Shown here: one piece after another, positions 1-13,760 of the stretch | Layout: every line of letters begins with the position of its first letter | Position numbering within the stretch: position 1 is the first letter of the stretch | DNA from: Octopus vulgaris | Lineage: Eukaryota | Assembly: GCA_951406725.2 (NCBI GenBank) | Contig: OX597820.1 | Coordinates: 71,238,001 to 71,302,000 of the forward strand | DNA: 64,000 nucleotides | Direction of reading: 5' to 3' | Notes under the pieces: generated by a model | What the model saw: only the letters and a program-made list of their open reading frames with translations | What the model was told of the DNA's origin: nothing | Database searches by the model: none | Position numbers and translations under genes: made by a program

Positions 1-528
1 CCCTCTTTCACTCTAAATCCTATTCCAAACATGCCAGCTTCAAATTCTTCATGTTGAAGCCTACCACTTACCAAGCTCTTTCCTTCTTTATGTAATTGAA
101 CAATATATTATACTCACACTTTTCAAGCTTGATATATTAATCATACAAATCCCACCACAAACCCCATTTCTTATCTGAGAGCTCTCATCTGCCATAAACA
201 GTGCCCTATCTCATTAGAGATCTGAAAAGGAAGAAAAGACTCAGAGAACACATATTAACATGAAATAATAATAAACAAAAATATGGTAATAAAATGTTAA
301 GTGCCTTTCCCAAAACAGAGTAGAGAAACACTGAAAATAAAGATACCAGTGTGGTTTAAGATATGGCAACTTCTTAATATTCTGTTGATACTCTTTCTTT
401 CAAAGCAATTATATTTTTTGTACTTTACATAGGTAACTCTAAGACTGCACTCATCTATTGATATGTCTCACCTCAAAGTTTGTCTTATATCCAATAAGGG
501 AAATGGGTTTCAGGAACTAAGGTATGTA

Positions 529-696
529 GGAGTGGCTGAGTGGTAAGTAGCTTGCTTACGAACCACATGGTTCTGGGTTCAGTCCCACTGCATGGCACCT
601 TGGGTAAGTGCCTTCTACTATAGTCTTGGGCCGACCAAAGCCTTGTAAGTGGATTTGGTAGACGGAAACTGAAAGAAGCCTATCATATATATTTAC

Positions 697-728
<32 letters not shown>

Positions 729-945
729 TTGTGTGTCTGTGTTTGTCCCCCCTCCCCAACATCGCTTGACAACCGATGCTGGTGCGTTTATGTCCCCGTA
801 ACTTAGCGCTTTGGCAAAACAGACTGATAGAATAAGTACTAGGCTTACAAAGAATAAGTCCTGGGGTCAATTTGCTTGACTAAAGGCGGTGCTCCAGCAT
901 GGCCACAGTCAAATGACTGAAACAAGTAAAAGAGTAAAGAGTAAA
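529..945 (+). mobile_element. tRNA-derived SINE, family A (full length)
   Basis: A-box/B-box-like head (GGAGTGGCTGAGTGGTAAG...GGGTTCAGTCCC), CORE-like GGCACCTTGGGTAAGTG, internal (TA)/(TG) tract and AAGAGTA-repeat tail. The same sequence recurs at 8470-9298, 13510-14175, 19150-19320 and 40810-41150. Confidence 0.85.
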
Positions 946-1131
946 CAAATTTTTGTGAGGTGAAGTTGGGAAGGACAGAGAGGTTAGATGCTGTAAACCT
1001 TCCTTCACCCACCACATTCTATGAACTGAAAAATAAGAAAATACTGTCACCTTCATCCTTCACTTCTCTTCTATCATCATGTACATTTCACCAGGTATCT
1101 ATAAAACTATTTACAATATTTATTCATGTAA

Positions 1132-1345
1132 AGCTGGCGATCTGGTAGAATTGTTAGCACGCCAAGTGAAATGCTGCTAAGCATTTCACATATCTTCACA
1201 TATTGAGTTCAAATCCTGCCAAGACTGACTTTACCTTTCATTCTTTCAGGGTCAATAAATTAAGTACCAGTTGGGTACTGGGGTCAATGTATTCAACTTA
1301 CCACTTCTCTGAAACTGTTGGTCATGTGCCAAATTTTGAAACCAA
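1132..1345 (+). mobile_element. tRNA-derived SINE, family B
   Basis: Head GGCGATCTGGTAGAATTGTTAGCAC...GAGTTCAAATCC followed by GACTTTACCTTTCATTCTTTCAGGGTCAATAAATTAAGTACCAG. Homologous to 28714-28930, 41800-41990, 47461-47600 and 58003-58220. Confidence 0.75.
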
Positions 1346-1649
1346 TATTTACTCATATATAAGTCACACCACTAATTTAGTGTTAAATCTTGGTACAAAA
1401 TTTTTACCCTTCATAGTGTTAGCTATGTCCAGTGTATAAGTTGTACCATAGGCTCAAAAACAGGGGGTCGGAGGGGGTGTGCTTGTGTTTTTACCCACTA
1501 AAATTATTGTGGAGCAATGAAAATGCTTTGAACATTCTCCTGGAAAACTTCATCACCAAAATGAACATAGAAGCACTTTTGGACTGATTTGAAACATTAC
1601 TTTTCCATTATTGGATTTATCTAATTTGACTGATAAACTAATATTACCG

Positions 1650-1945
1650 TGACTGACCAGGCTATCAGATGTTGTTACACATCTGGTCACAATGCACTTC
1701 GCATTGTTTTAGCCTTCAAATGATGCCACCCCACTGGTTAAGCAAGCAGGCCAACAGAAGAAAAAGTGAGGGAAAGTTGTAGTGAAAGAGTACAGCAGGG
1801 ATCAGCACCACCCCCTGCCGGAGATTTGTGGAGCTTTTAAGTGTTTTCGCTCAATAAACACTCACAACACCCAGTCTGGGAATCGAAACCATGATCCTAC
1901 AACCACGAGTCTGCTGCCCTAACCACTGGGCCATTGCACCTCCAC
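1650..1945 (-). mobile_element. tRNA-derived SINE, family C
   Basis: Minus-strand tRNA-like head GTGGAGGTGCAATGGCCCAGTGGTTAGGG...GGTTTCGATTCCCAG followed by a non-tRNA body. Confidence 0.7.
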
Positions 1946-2392
1946 ATTGATAAACTAATATAATAACAATAATCGTTATTATATCTGTGTTTTAATATTA
2001 AGATTGAAAATTGTCGACCTCGTTTGTAAAAAGTTTTGAACCTAGACTGGCACCCCTAAGCAAGTTTCATTCTCACACTTATGAGTCGTGCTCCAGTTTT
2101 TTTAGTTAAAATCTAGTATAAAATAGTGTGAATTATACACTAATAAATACAGTAGTTAAGTAAGATCAAAAATGTTCCCACGTCATTTATTTTATTTCAG
2201 CTCCTAGTACAACAGCAATTAATGCCTTTAGTTTATAATTCCTTTAAAAATCAGAAGTGATAAGTTTGAGGATTTGTGGTAATTAATTTGATGTCATATA
2301 CTTCTAACTGTACATCATATGAAGACCACTATTTCTAGTCCCCAATGTCATTAAAGTAAGTGTCTGTAATATATGGTAATGTATGTAAATGT

Positions 2393-2492
2393 ATGTATGG
2401 TAATTTAATATATGGTGATGTAAGATAAATTTAATTTACCATACAACCTTGTCTTACACAGGCTAAAATTTGTTTGTATATCTATATCTATA

Positions 2493-2545
<53 letters not shown>

Positions 2546-2712
2546 GTGTGTGTGTGTGTATATATGTATATATATCATATCATATGTAATAATTATGTAT
2601 GGTAATTTATGTATGGTAATTTAATATATGGTGATGTATGATAAATTTAATTTACCATACAACCTTGTCTTACACAGGCTAAAATTTGTTTGTATATCTA
2701 TATCTATATATA

Positions 2713-2759
<47 letters not shown>

Positions 2760-2823
2760 GTATATATATATATGTGTGTGTGTGTGTATATATGTATATA
2801 TATCATATCATATGTAATAATTA
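2393..2823. repeat. Tandem duplication of a ~215-bp unit
   Basis: ATGTATGGTAATTTAATATATGGTGATG...TTACCATACAACCTTGTCTTACACAGGC...TATCATATCATATGTAATAATTA occurs twice. Confidence 0.85.
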
Positions 2824-4291
2824 AAGGAAATATTGTCATCTGGCTAATAAGGAAAATTTAAATTATGAGAGATTTCTGATTTAATACTGATTTTTGACAT
2901 TGGTACAAGGCCACGCCTGAGATGTAACTGATACTTGAGATGTAACTGATACTGATTTAATATTTGCTTGTCAACAGCAAACAGACCGAATCATCAGCAT
3001 GTCAGAAGAAATGCATGATGCTAACTGGAATGTCTTTTTTGTCGCTTCAAATTCTGAGTTAAAATTTTGCCCAGGTTAACTATGCCTCTTATCTTTTCAG
3101 GATCAATAAAACAAGTACAAGTTGAGTACTGGGGTTGTTGTAATCATCTATCTCAAGCCCAAATTTTAGTCCTTGTGCTTATAGTAGGAAGAACATTCAC
3201 TTGCTTTAAAGAATGGAGGCTTTTTCACTTACTTAAACAAACTTTCAAAGAAGACTCTTAGAATAACTATATCATTTTATTTTAAAATTTTAGGTGGGTG
3301 TAAGGATGAATAACTATTTCATGTTAGGAAATTCCAAACTAAGAGTCTGTTTTTAGTACACACCTACACTGAAGACTGTTGTAGCCAGTCAGTCATCCTA
3401 CACATAAATTGCTGACTTCTTGAAATTATCTACAAGGAAAAAAGATAAAAAACAAATGCAAAAGATACTCCAGTTCTGACCTAGATCTGTCAAATGTGAA
3501 TTTAAGACCATAACAAAAAAATATATCTTAGAGGTTTCTCTACTTTTAGTTATTTATTTTTTATTTTTCTCTCTTGGTTATGTTTTTAATGATTTTCATT
3601 TTCTTTAACTCATTTAGTTATGTCAAGTAAATACTTGGTAGACAGCTGGCACAGCACTTTCACAATTCTTTCAACACTTCTACAATTCTTTGAAACACAT
3701 TTAATAAGACAGTAAAATAAAACCATTTTTTAATAATCAAATTCATTCTCATGCAAGCTTAACCTTCAAGAATATATTGTATTACATACTCATTATTTAC
3801 ATGTAACTTGGAAAATTTCCTGACAGTTTATCTGAAGAGAATAAGTAACTTGGGACTGAAAGAAAACTAATGATAACAAATTTATCTATATATTCCACTA
3901 TGAAGAAACCTCAAGGAATCTTCAAATAAAGAAGTTTGTCATCATTATCTTTTAAGATATCATTAACTATAATTCTTGCATTTATTTAGAAACAGGGGAG
4001 AAAAGACTTCCAAAAATGTCAAAGCTTATTATGAGGCAAAGTCATTATTTAATGTATAGATATGAAACAAAGTTTAAAGGAGAATAAATATTAATGATAT
4101 CCCTAATATAAAGTGACGAGGCAATTGAATTAGTTCAGCCAAGTCCAAACTCTATTCTAAGTTGTCAAACATTGCTAGTGAATCCCCAAAAACTAAGATT
4201 GGGTACACCTTGACTATACTTACTGGGCCAGAATTAGAAATTCATGCATGTCATCTGCTATAGCCTCAGATTGTACAATGCTATATATATA

Positions 4292-4668
4292 CACTACCAT
4301 CAGAAATTAATTAGCACCCTTGATTTGCTCTTCACTCAAGGTATGTGCTGTCACCTAGTGGCCATATCTCGAACTATTGCTTTGTTGCGAGTTCACTGTT
4401 GCGCAGAACGATGACGTAACTTTGTTTGCAGAGCAGTTTGAGAGTCTACAGCCTTATGATGTTGACATAGCAGTGCAACAAATTGGAGTGCGGATGCAGA
4501 CAAATCTTCCTTTGTTTAATAGATATAGGTAGCGCCTTGCAAGGACCGAAATCACACCATACTAAGTTTTCTCATCGCGTAAGACGTTTTGAACAGCTCA
4601 TAGGTTAATTGATTTAACCTATTTAATGTAGAAATTTGAGAAGTGCTAATTAATTTCTGACGCAAGTG
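4292..4668. mobile_element. Tc1/mariner-type MITE (~377 bp)
   Basis: TIRs CACTACCATCAGAAATTAATTAGCAC / GTGCTAATTAATTTCTGACGCAAGTG with TA on both sides; non-coding interior. Confidence 0.75.
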
Positions 4669-4794
4669 TATATATATATATATAAATATATAATCATAAT
4701 TGTTTAACATCGGCCTTCCATGCTGACATGGGGTGAACAGTTTGCCAGGAGCTGGCCAAGTATGGACGTGTAATAAACATATATATATATATAT

Positions 4795-5225
4795 CATCAT
4801 CATCATCGTTTAACGTCCGTTTTCCATGCTAGCATGGGTTGGATGGTTCAACTGGGGTCTGAGAAGCCAGAAGGCTGCGCCAGGCCCATTCTGATTTGGC
4901 AGTGTTTCTACAGCTGGATACCCTTCCTAACACCAACCACTCTGTGAGTGTAGTGGGTGCTTTTTACATGCCACCTGCACAGGTGGCAGACGAGGCTGGC
5001 AAACGGCCATGATCGGTTGGTGCTTTTTACGTACCACCGGCACAGAGGCCAGTCGGGGCGGTGCTGGCAACGGCCACGTTCGGATGGTTCTCTTACGTGC
5101 CACCGGCACTGGTATCACAGCTACAATTTCCATTGATGTTGATCGATTTCGATTTTGATTTTCACTTGCCTCAACAGGTCTTCACAAGTAGGGTTTGTGT
5201 CACAAAAAGGAAAGGTATGCATAAG
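4795..5225 (-). mobile_element. 5'-truncated RTE LINE 3' end (tail with ~3 minisatellite units)
   Basis: (CAT)n, then TCCATGCTAGCATGGGTTGG and CCCTTCCTAACACCAACCACT. Matches the 3' UTRs of the RTE copies at 6135-8446 and 61375-64000. Confidence 0.85.
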
Positions 5226-5227
5226 TA

Positions 5228-6105
5228 CGAGGTCTGATCATTAAGTATCCGGACTGTTGCCATAATAATGAAGCTAAAGCATTCAAAGTGAAGCCACTTG
5301 ACAAAGACTGACCTTGAATTCTGCTGTGCATGTGCACTAAGTTTTAACATTCTACCTCACTTCCAATGTTTACAACAGTGCTTGGAAGGAAGGTGTGTAA
5401 TGTGTGATCATCGCATTGACCATGACAGAGAAAGTTGTCATGGTGATACCTGCTCAGAGGCCTATGCAAAGTTGCAGAAAGTGTATAGTGAGGGATGTAT
5501 GAGCCACAAACAAGTGTATGAGGGGTTTACACATTTCCAAGATGGCCAAAAAAATGTCGATATTAACAACTGTTCTGGGTGACCTGCAACCAGCAGAACT
5601 CAGAAAAACATCAGAGATGTGCATGCAGCAGTGAGGGGAAATCGAATCCCCATCCCTGAGTTATCAGAGGATGTTAGTTACAGTTCCCTGAGCTATCAGA
5701 GGATTAGTTACAGTTCAGTTCAGTCCATTATCAATGACAATTTGCATATGTGACGCACATCTACCAAGTTTGTGTCAAAATTGTTTTCAGCTGACCAAAA
5801 CAGCACTTGGGTTTCAGTCACACAAGATCTCCTTAATTGTGTTGAGAACGATGAAAACTTCTCCAAAACTTTGCATAGGCCTCTGATGCAGATTCTCTGC
5901 TCAACTTCTTTTGTCATAGTCAATGCGATGTTTACACATTATACACCTTCCTTCCAAGCACTGTTGTAAACAGCAGAAGTGAGCTAGAATGTTAAACTTA
6001 GTGCACATGCTCAAAAGAGTTTAAAGTCAATCTGTGCCAAGTGGCTTTCCTCGGCATGTTTTAGCTTCATTTTACTATGGCAATAGTCCGGGTACTTATT
6101 GATCA
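5228..6105 (+). mobile_element. Non-autonomous mariner derivative with long inverted arms and a transposase HTH remnant
   Basis: TA|CGAGGTCTGATCATTAAGTATCCGGAC left end. The right end GTCCGGGTACTTATTGATCA is truncated at (TA)n. Decayed coding remnant ...KLQKVYSEGCMS..QVYE.F..F...FVSKLF. Confidence 0.8.
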
Positions 6106-6134
6106 TATATATATATATATTTAGAGAGAGAGAG

Positions 6135-8446
6135 AGAGCCAGAAAGGAAGGTAGGAGACAGATTTATTTAGCCAGAGGGGAAGCAGATAAGAAAAAATTT
6201 GCCAATGTTCTGTGCCGTGAGGATCAAAGACTTGAGGTATTTCGTGTTGCAAGACAGTGTGTGAGAGAGAATTGTGATGTATGAAAGAAATGTGTCCGCA
6301 TGGATGATGGTTCTGTATAATTAACCAGGTGATACATGAAGGAGTCATACCCAATGACTGGTGTAGCAGCATAATAGCCAACTGCTACAAAGGTAAAGGT
6401 GACATTTTATATACAAATAATTACAGAGATATCAAGTTGTTGGATCAGGTAAAGAAGGTCATGGAGAAGGTCATAGCCCAACTAATTAGGGAGAGAGTCA
6501 GTTTAGATGAGATGCAGTTTGGGTTTGTGCCAGTGAAAAGTACCACTGATGCTATATTTCTGGTAAGACAGCTGCAGGAGAAATACCAAGCCAAAGATAA
6601 ACCTCTGTACCTGGATTTCGCTGTCATGGAGAAAGCCTTTGACAGGGTCCCCCAATCTCTTATCTGGTGGTCAATGAGGAAACTAGGGATAGATTAATGC
6701 TTAGTGAGAGCTGTGCAAGCCATGTACAGGGATGCTATCAGTAAGGTGAGGGTTGGCAACGAGTACACTGAAGAATTCAGGGTAGAGGTAGGGGTCCACC
6801 AAGGTTCAGATCTCAGCCCCCTCCTATTTATCATAGTCCTCCAGGCAATAACGGAGGAATTCAAGACGGGATGCCGCTGGGAGCTCTTCTATGCTGATGA
6901 CCTTGCTCTAATTGCTGAGTCACTATCAGAACTCGAGGAGAAGTTTCAAGTGTGGAAACAAGGATTAGAGTCAACCTAGCTAATACCAAAGTCCTAATAA
7001 GTAGGAAGGCAAGCAAATCACAAATCCCTTCGGGTAGTTGGCCCTGCTTGATCTGTAGAAAAAGGGTAGGTAGAAACTCAATAAGATGTACCCACTGTAA
7101 GCTACGGACACATAAGAGGTGCAGCAATATCAAAGGAAGGCTAACTGGGAAGATAGTTTTTGTATGTGGCAGATGCTCAGGAGCAATAAACACTGAAAGT
7201 GTGCAGAGAACAAGTTCTGCCACATTCCAGGGAGGAAAACTAGATGCAGCTGATAGCTTCCATTACCTAGGTGATCAAGTCAGTAGCAGGGGAGGGTGTG
7301 CTGAAGGTGTAGCTGCTAGAATAAGAATAGCCTGGGCAAAGTTCAGAGAGCTCTTACCTCTGCTGGTGACAAAGGGCCTCTCACTCAGAGTAAAAGGTAG
7401 ACTGTATGATGCATGTGTACTAACAGCCATGCTACATGGCCGTAAAATATGGGCTGTGACTGCTGAGGGCATGCGTAAGCTTGCAAGGAATGAAGCCACT
7501 ATACTCCGATGGATATGTAATGTCAGTGTGCATACTCCACAGAGTGTAAGTACCTTGAGAGAAAAGTTGGACCTAGGAAGCATCAGATGTGGTATGCAAG
7601 AGAGACAACTGTGCTGGTATGGCCATGTGGCAAGAATGGATGTGGATAGCTGTGTGAAAAAGTGCCATATCCTAGTGGTTGAGGGAATCTGTGGAAGAGG
7701 TAGACCCAAGAAGACCTGGGATGAGGTGGTTAAGGATGACCTTTGAACATTGGCAATGAGTAGTGGCAATAACTAGTGACCGAGTTAAGGACTAGTGACC
7801 GGGACCTTTGGAAATAAGCTGTGCTTGAGAAGACTCGGCAAGCCAAGTGAGACCATAACCTTGTGGCCTATGCCAGGGGTGTAACCAGCCCACTATGCAT
7901 AACTTTCCTTCATTGGACAGTAAACTCTGCTTGCAAAGACCTGTTTTGAGGCAACTGAAATTCAAAATCAAAATCGAAATCAAATTCGATGATTGGCACC
8001 TGTGCTAGTGGAGTGCTAAGAGCACCATCCGAGCATGATATTGCCAGAGCAACAAACTGGCTTCCATGCCAGTGGCATGTAAAAAGCACCATTCAATGGT
8101 GATCGTTACCTGTCACCTAATTGGTACCTGTGCTGGTGGCACATGAAAAAATATTCAAGCGAGGTCATTGCCAGTGCCGCTGGACTGGATTCTGTGCAGA
8201 TGGCACATAAAAAGCACCATTTAAGTGAGGCCATTGCTAGTACCACCTGAATGGCACTCGTGCCAGTCATACATAAATGCACCCACTACACTCACGGAGT
8301 GGTTAGTGCTAGGAAGGGCATCCAGCTGTAGAAACTTTGCAGAATCAGATTGGAGCCTGGTGCAGCTATCTGGTTCTCCAGTCCTCAGTCAAATCGTCCA
8401 ACCCATGCTAGCATGGAAAGCGGATGTTAAACGATGATGATGATGA
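6135..8446 (+). mobile_element. Decayed, 5'-truncated RTE-clade LINE (RT pseudogene plus 3' UTR)
   Basis: Frameshifted ORFs 6329-6697, 6704-6979 and 6952-7746 with QFGFVP, KAFDRV, GVHQGS.LSPLLF and YADDL motifs. Internal deletion near 6320 relative to the 62-64 kb copy. 3' UTR with degenerate ~60-bp units and a (GAT)n tail. Confidence 0.93.
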
Positions 8447-8469
8447 TATATATATATATATATATACTA

Positions 8470-9100
8470 TTTTTTTTTTTTTACTTGTTTCAGTCATTTG
8501 ACTGCGGCCATGCTGGAGCACCGCCTTTAATCGAGCAACTCGACCCCGGAACTTATTCTATTGTAAGCCCAGTACTTATTCTATCCGTCTCTTTTGCCGA
8601 ACCGCTAAGTGACGGGGACACAAACACACCAGCATCGGTTGTCAAGCAATGCTATGGGGACAAACACAGACACACAAACACACACACGCATACATATATA
8701 TATATATATACATATATACGACGGGCTTCTTTCAGTTTCCGTCTACCAAATCCACTCACAAGGCTTTGGTCGGCCCAAGGCTATAATAGAAGACACTTGC
8801 CCAAGGTGCCACGCAGTGGGACTGAACCCGGAACCATGTGGTTGGTAGACAGGCTACTTACCACACAGCCACTATACATTTATATATACTCTTTTACTTG
8901 TTTCAGTCATTTGCCTGCAGCCATGCTGGAGCACCGCCTTTTAGTCAAGCAAATCGACCCCAGCACTTATTCTTTGTAAGCCTAGTACTTATTCTATCGG
9001 TCTCTTTTACCGAACCGCTAAGTAAAAGGGATGTAAACATACCAGCACTGGCTGTCAAGCGATGTTGGGGGGACAAACACAGACACACAAATACACACAT

Positions 9101-9135
<35 letters not shown>

Positions 9136-9298
9136 CGACAGGCTTCTTTCAGTTTCGGTCTTCCAAATCCACTCACAAGGCTTTGGTCGGCCCGAGGCTA
9201 TAGTAGAAGACACTTACCCAAGTTACCACACAGTGGGACTGAACCCGGAACCATGTGGCTGGTAAGCAAGCTACTTACCACACAGCCACTCCTGCGCC
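8470..9298 (-). mobile_element. Two tandem family-A SINEs (about 8470-8872 and 8888-9298)
   Basis: Each is the reverse complement of the 529-945 SINE. Confidence 0.85.
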
Positions 9299-9319
9299 TA
9301 TATATATGCATATATATAC

Positions 9320-9360
<41 letters not shown>

Positions 9361-9371
9361 TATATATATAT

Positions 9372-9711
9372 ATAGTGAGAATTTACAAAAAAACAAAAGA
9401 TGAAGATGGATGTGTAAACAACAAACAGATGTATCAGTTTAATGTTCGGGATGTGAGAAAGACTTATACGTTTTGAGCCTGCACTCTTTGACAGAAAGGA
9501 ACACAGAAATAAACAGGGAGAGAAAATAGAAAATAGAAAATATATGTATGTTCATTTTCTCTCCCTGTTTTTTTTTTTGTGTTCCTTTCTGTCGAAGAAC
9601 GCAGGCTCGAAACATAAAAGTTTTTCTCACTTCTCAAACATTAAACTAATACATCTGTTTGTTGTTTACACACCCATCTTCGTCTTTTGTTTTTTTGTAA
9701 ATTCTTACTAT
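9372..9711. mobile_element. Inverted pair of Penelope-type pseudo-LTR fragments (~160-bp arms)
   Basis: ATAGTGAGAATTTACAAAA...GGGAGAGAAAAT is mirrored by ATTTTCTCTCCC...TTTGTAAATTCTTACTAT. Each arm contains a hammerhead-like motif, and the pair is flanked by TA-rich microsatellite. Confidence 0.65.
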
Positions 9712-9746
9712 GTGTATGTGTGTATATATATACTGATCAGACCATG

Positions 9747-9786
<40 letters not shown>

Positions 9787-9799
9787 TAGATAGATATAC

Positions 9800-9833
<34 letters not shown>

Positions 9834-9839
9834 GTATAC

Positions 9840-10033
9840 ATGAACTGATCAATAAGTACATGAAGTATTGCCATAGTAATGAAGCTAAAACATGCAGAGT
9901 AAACCTGCTTGACACACATTGACCTTAAACTCTTTTGTGTATGCACACTAAGTTTAACATTCTAGCTCCCTTCTGCTGTTTACAACAGTGCTTGGAAGGA
10001 TGGTGTATAACATGTAAAAGTCGCATTGACCAT
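9840..10033. mobile_element. Terminal fragment of the 5228/20808 mariner-derivative family
   Basis: CTGATCAATAAGTA...TTGCCATAGTAATGAAGCTAAA...TCGCATTGACCAT matches the arm sequence. Confidence 0.7.
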
Positions 10034-10046
10034 ATATATGTATATA

Positions 10047-10120
<74 letters not shown>

Positions 10121-10395
10121 TATATATATATAAATGCATATATATATATGTGTATATATATATACACACACACAGATACACACACATTTTATAGATATGA
10201 TACACACAAACATACAGATGTATAAATATGTGTGTGTGTGTGTGTGTGTGTGCATATACAGAAAATAACATTTGAATTTGATACATGTTTTAAGTATTAG
10301 AAGTGGAATGGATATGATTACTTTTTTTTTTAGATTCAAAATTTCTGTTGAGGATTACGATAAAGGCTTTTGTTGTGAAAAATACGCAAGTTGAT

Positions 10396-10840
10396 AATGG
10401 TGATAACTGTAGAGACAAGGAATGGTTGAGTTGGGTTGGGTTGGGTTGGTGGTGACAATGATGGTGATGATGATGGTGTTGATGATGATGATATTGTTGA
10501 TGATAATGATGATGACGGTGACAACGACGATGATGACAACGACGACGATGACAACGATGATGATGATGGTGTTCATGATGGAGAAGATGATGAAGATGAC
10601 GACAACGACAATGATGATGGTGTTGATGATGATGATGACGGCAACAATGATATCAGCAATAAACACCAATGCCAGCACATTAACCCCTCAACCACTGTGT
10701 TACATGTTCACTGCTTTGTGCATGTGTATGTGCATGCGTGTACACACACATGTGTGTGTATGTGTTTGTGTTTTGTTACCACTGCTATTGCTGCTGCCAA
10801 CAACAATGATGAGATTGACTCTGATAATGATGATGACAAT
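10396..10840. repeat. Degenerate (GAT/GAC)n microsatellite
   Basis: GATGAT/GACAAC triplet runs mixed with (GGGTT)n and (TG)n. Confidence 0.85.
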
Positions 10841-12149
10841 TCAAAGAATAAAAACTACATAAGTATTCTACATCATGCAGCAGTTTAAGTATTTCAGTAA
10901 ACTGATGCAAAGTTTTTTCAGGCGCCTTGAAGCATTTACTTGTGACATAAGAGAGAAATTTACCAACAAACTTTATAAAAGATGTACTGATTAATTCCAA
11001 AAGTATTTTGAGAAACTAAGGGTATTTCAGTTGGATATTGATTTTGTTGTATGTCTTCATTATTCTGGGTTTACCGAGTTGAAAGCATGATTGATAGTTT
11101 GAAGCAACAGAGATGTGAATAATTTCAAGGACGGAACATAAAAGTGTATGTTAGATATAAAAAGCAAGTAATATATAAAGTAATGTAGGGAAAAAAATGT
11201 TCTTTATATATTAAATAATGCAAGTGTTCAATTTGAAGCATTTTAAGAATTAATAATTTAAAGGAAGTATTTTCTAATCGCTACAATTAGTAAAAAGCAA
11301 TGAAAATTCAAAGGAATAAAAGCCTTTCTTTCCAGAATTTTCAGTTATCAAAAATAGAAACATATTTACACAGAAATCTATTAAAATACTTAACTTGTGT
11401 GGATAATTGAATAAAATCAATTTGAATTTTGAATGAATAATTTCTAGATGGGTTTAAAAATTTCTGATTGAATTTAAACACTAATTGTCAAATGAAAATA
11501 CACACACGTATGTATGTATGTATGTATGTATGTATGCATGTATGTATGCATGTATGTATGTATGTATATATCTTCTACCTTTCTTTGTTCCATTGATGGA
11601 CTGTGGCCATGCTAGGGCACCAATTTGAAGGATTTAGTTGAACAGATCAACCCCTAGTACCTATTTTTTAAGTTTAACATTCATTCTGTCGATTTCTTTG
11701 GCTGAACTACTAAATTATAGGGGTGTACACACATCACACCGATTGTAAATCAGTGAGCTGGAGAAACAACACCAGCATGAAGACTTACACACATATATTT
11801 CCCTGTATCAACCAGACAATGGGATGTCACAATGTGCTTCCTTGCAAATCCATGGTGAAACTCAGAGAAGACAGAAGCTTAACAGAAAGTGAATGATTGG
11901 TGAAAAACAGTGGTGGGAAAGGCTGTTAATGAGAATGAGGGATTGATGCTAATAGGAAGTGGTTCCAAAGGGAGAGGGAAGAATCTGATTGCACAAAATG
12001 TGGGGCATGAAATATGTGCTGATTCTGCTTTCAATTATAGCAGCTGAGTTGTACCAATTTTGGAAGAATGATGGAAGGATGAGCGTTAAGAAGATTAGAT
12101 GTGGGGAATGTTCCATGGAGCAGATTGAGCACAGGTATAGAACCCAGCA

Positions 12150-12440
12150 TGTACACAACTTAACGGGGTCACTATGGGAACAAAGATGGGTCACAGTTAT
12201 GCAAACCATTTTATAGGCTGCATTAAGGGGCAAATCTTTGCTCAGTTTATGGGACCTACCCCAGAGTTGTTCAATCATTATACTGATGTTTGTATAGATG
12301 CTACCATCCTCACCAGACAAGACCAAATCAGATTCATTTCTTTTGCTAACACAATGGGCTACAACATTTATCATTGTGCAACATCTCTGCACCTCATAGA
12401 TTCACACATTGAAGGAATCAGAATATTTCATATTTAATCT
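12150..12440 (+). pseudogene. Penelope-like RT remnant
   Basis: GVTMGTKMGHSYANHFIG resembles the PLE RT motif GxAMGxxMGPSYANLF. The later 'HYTDVCI' is a decayed RYIDD-like motif. Confidence 0.6.
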
Positions 12441-13509
12441 CTGAACAATAGCATTATCATGTTTATGTGAAAGTTTTTTTCCTTCTACTCCTTCACCTTG
12501 TAGTTTTGAAATCCCATTCTTTTCCTTCATCTCTCTACTCACCCTTACCTGCTTCTCTTCTTCTCTTCATTTCTCTCTCCTTCTTCTTCCCTCAGCTAGT
12601 TTCTCTCTCCTATTTCCTGTATACATACTCAAGCTTTTATATATAAGTGCTCCACCAGCTTTATGGATACATAGCTTGACATCTGCTTTTGTATGAAAAC
12701 AAAGTTATTTCTTTCATTATAATATGTTACATACATTAAAACAAAGTTTTAACATATATATACAAGTATATATATTATAATGTATAATATATAAAGTATA
12801 TTAACACAAAATTTTATGTCTTTATGTCGCAACATTATAATGTCAAGTTTTTACTTTCAACAGTTACAATAATTTTTTCAGCTGCTGTTGTTTATATCTT
12901 GCATTATTTTCATGTTTTCAAAGACATCTAAAAAAAACAAAAAACAAGAATGCATGAATTTTTATGTTACTGACCAAAAACCTGTGCAAAGAAACATTCT
13001 AGATTTATTTTATGTCACAGTTACATTTCATTAATTCTTTATGTAGTGTAAGAAATTGGATAAGTTTGAATGCTTGTATAGAGAAAAGACAACTGAAGTT
13101 TAGGGAGTAATACCTTGTGTACGAAAGAAAGAAAATAATGTTTTTTTTCTTTCAGACCACTATTGTGGAGACACCAATGTTTTGAAGAAGCAACACAAAA
13201 TATAATTTCAATAAGAACTGGTGTATTGTTCAAGTTGAGTTTGGTAAATTATCATCATCATCATTTAATGTTCGTTGTCCATGCTGGCATGGGTTGGATG
13301 GTTTGACTAGGCTGGCATGCTGGAAGGCTGCCCCAGGCTCCAGTCTGATTTGGCATGGTTTTCTACAGCTGGATGCCCTTCTTAATGCCAACCACTCTCA
13401 GAGTGTAATGGGTGCTTTTACATGCCACAAGCATGGGTGCCCAACACTTGAAAAGAACTTGGCCACTTTTCCCCCTGTTCTACCTTTATAGATGTCATCA
13501 TCATCATTT

Positions 13510-13722
13510 CTTTTATTTGCTTCAGTCATTTGACTGTAGCCATGCTGGAGTACCATCTTAAAGAGTTTTAGTCAAAGAAATTGACCCCAGGACTCATTCT
13601 TTGTAAGTCCAGTACTTATTTTATTGGTCTCTTTTGCTGAACCACTAAGTTACAGGGGCATAAATGTACCAACGTTAGGTGTCACGTAATGGTGGGGGTG
13701 GAGAAACACAGATACATACATA

Positions 13723-13760
<38 letters not shown>

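Noticed and set aside
1880-1945. tRNA gene (also ~529-590 and ~36480-36552)
   Set aside because: tRNA-like A/B boxes continue into SINE bodies, and I see no complete cloverleaf or terminator.
10422-10888. Asp-rich and Met-rich ORFs (possible biomineralisation protein)
   Set aside because: They are translations of a (GAT)n microsatellite that is open in several frames, with no signal peptide or exon structure.
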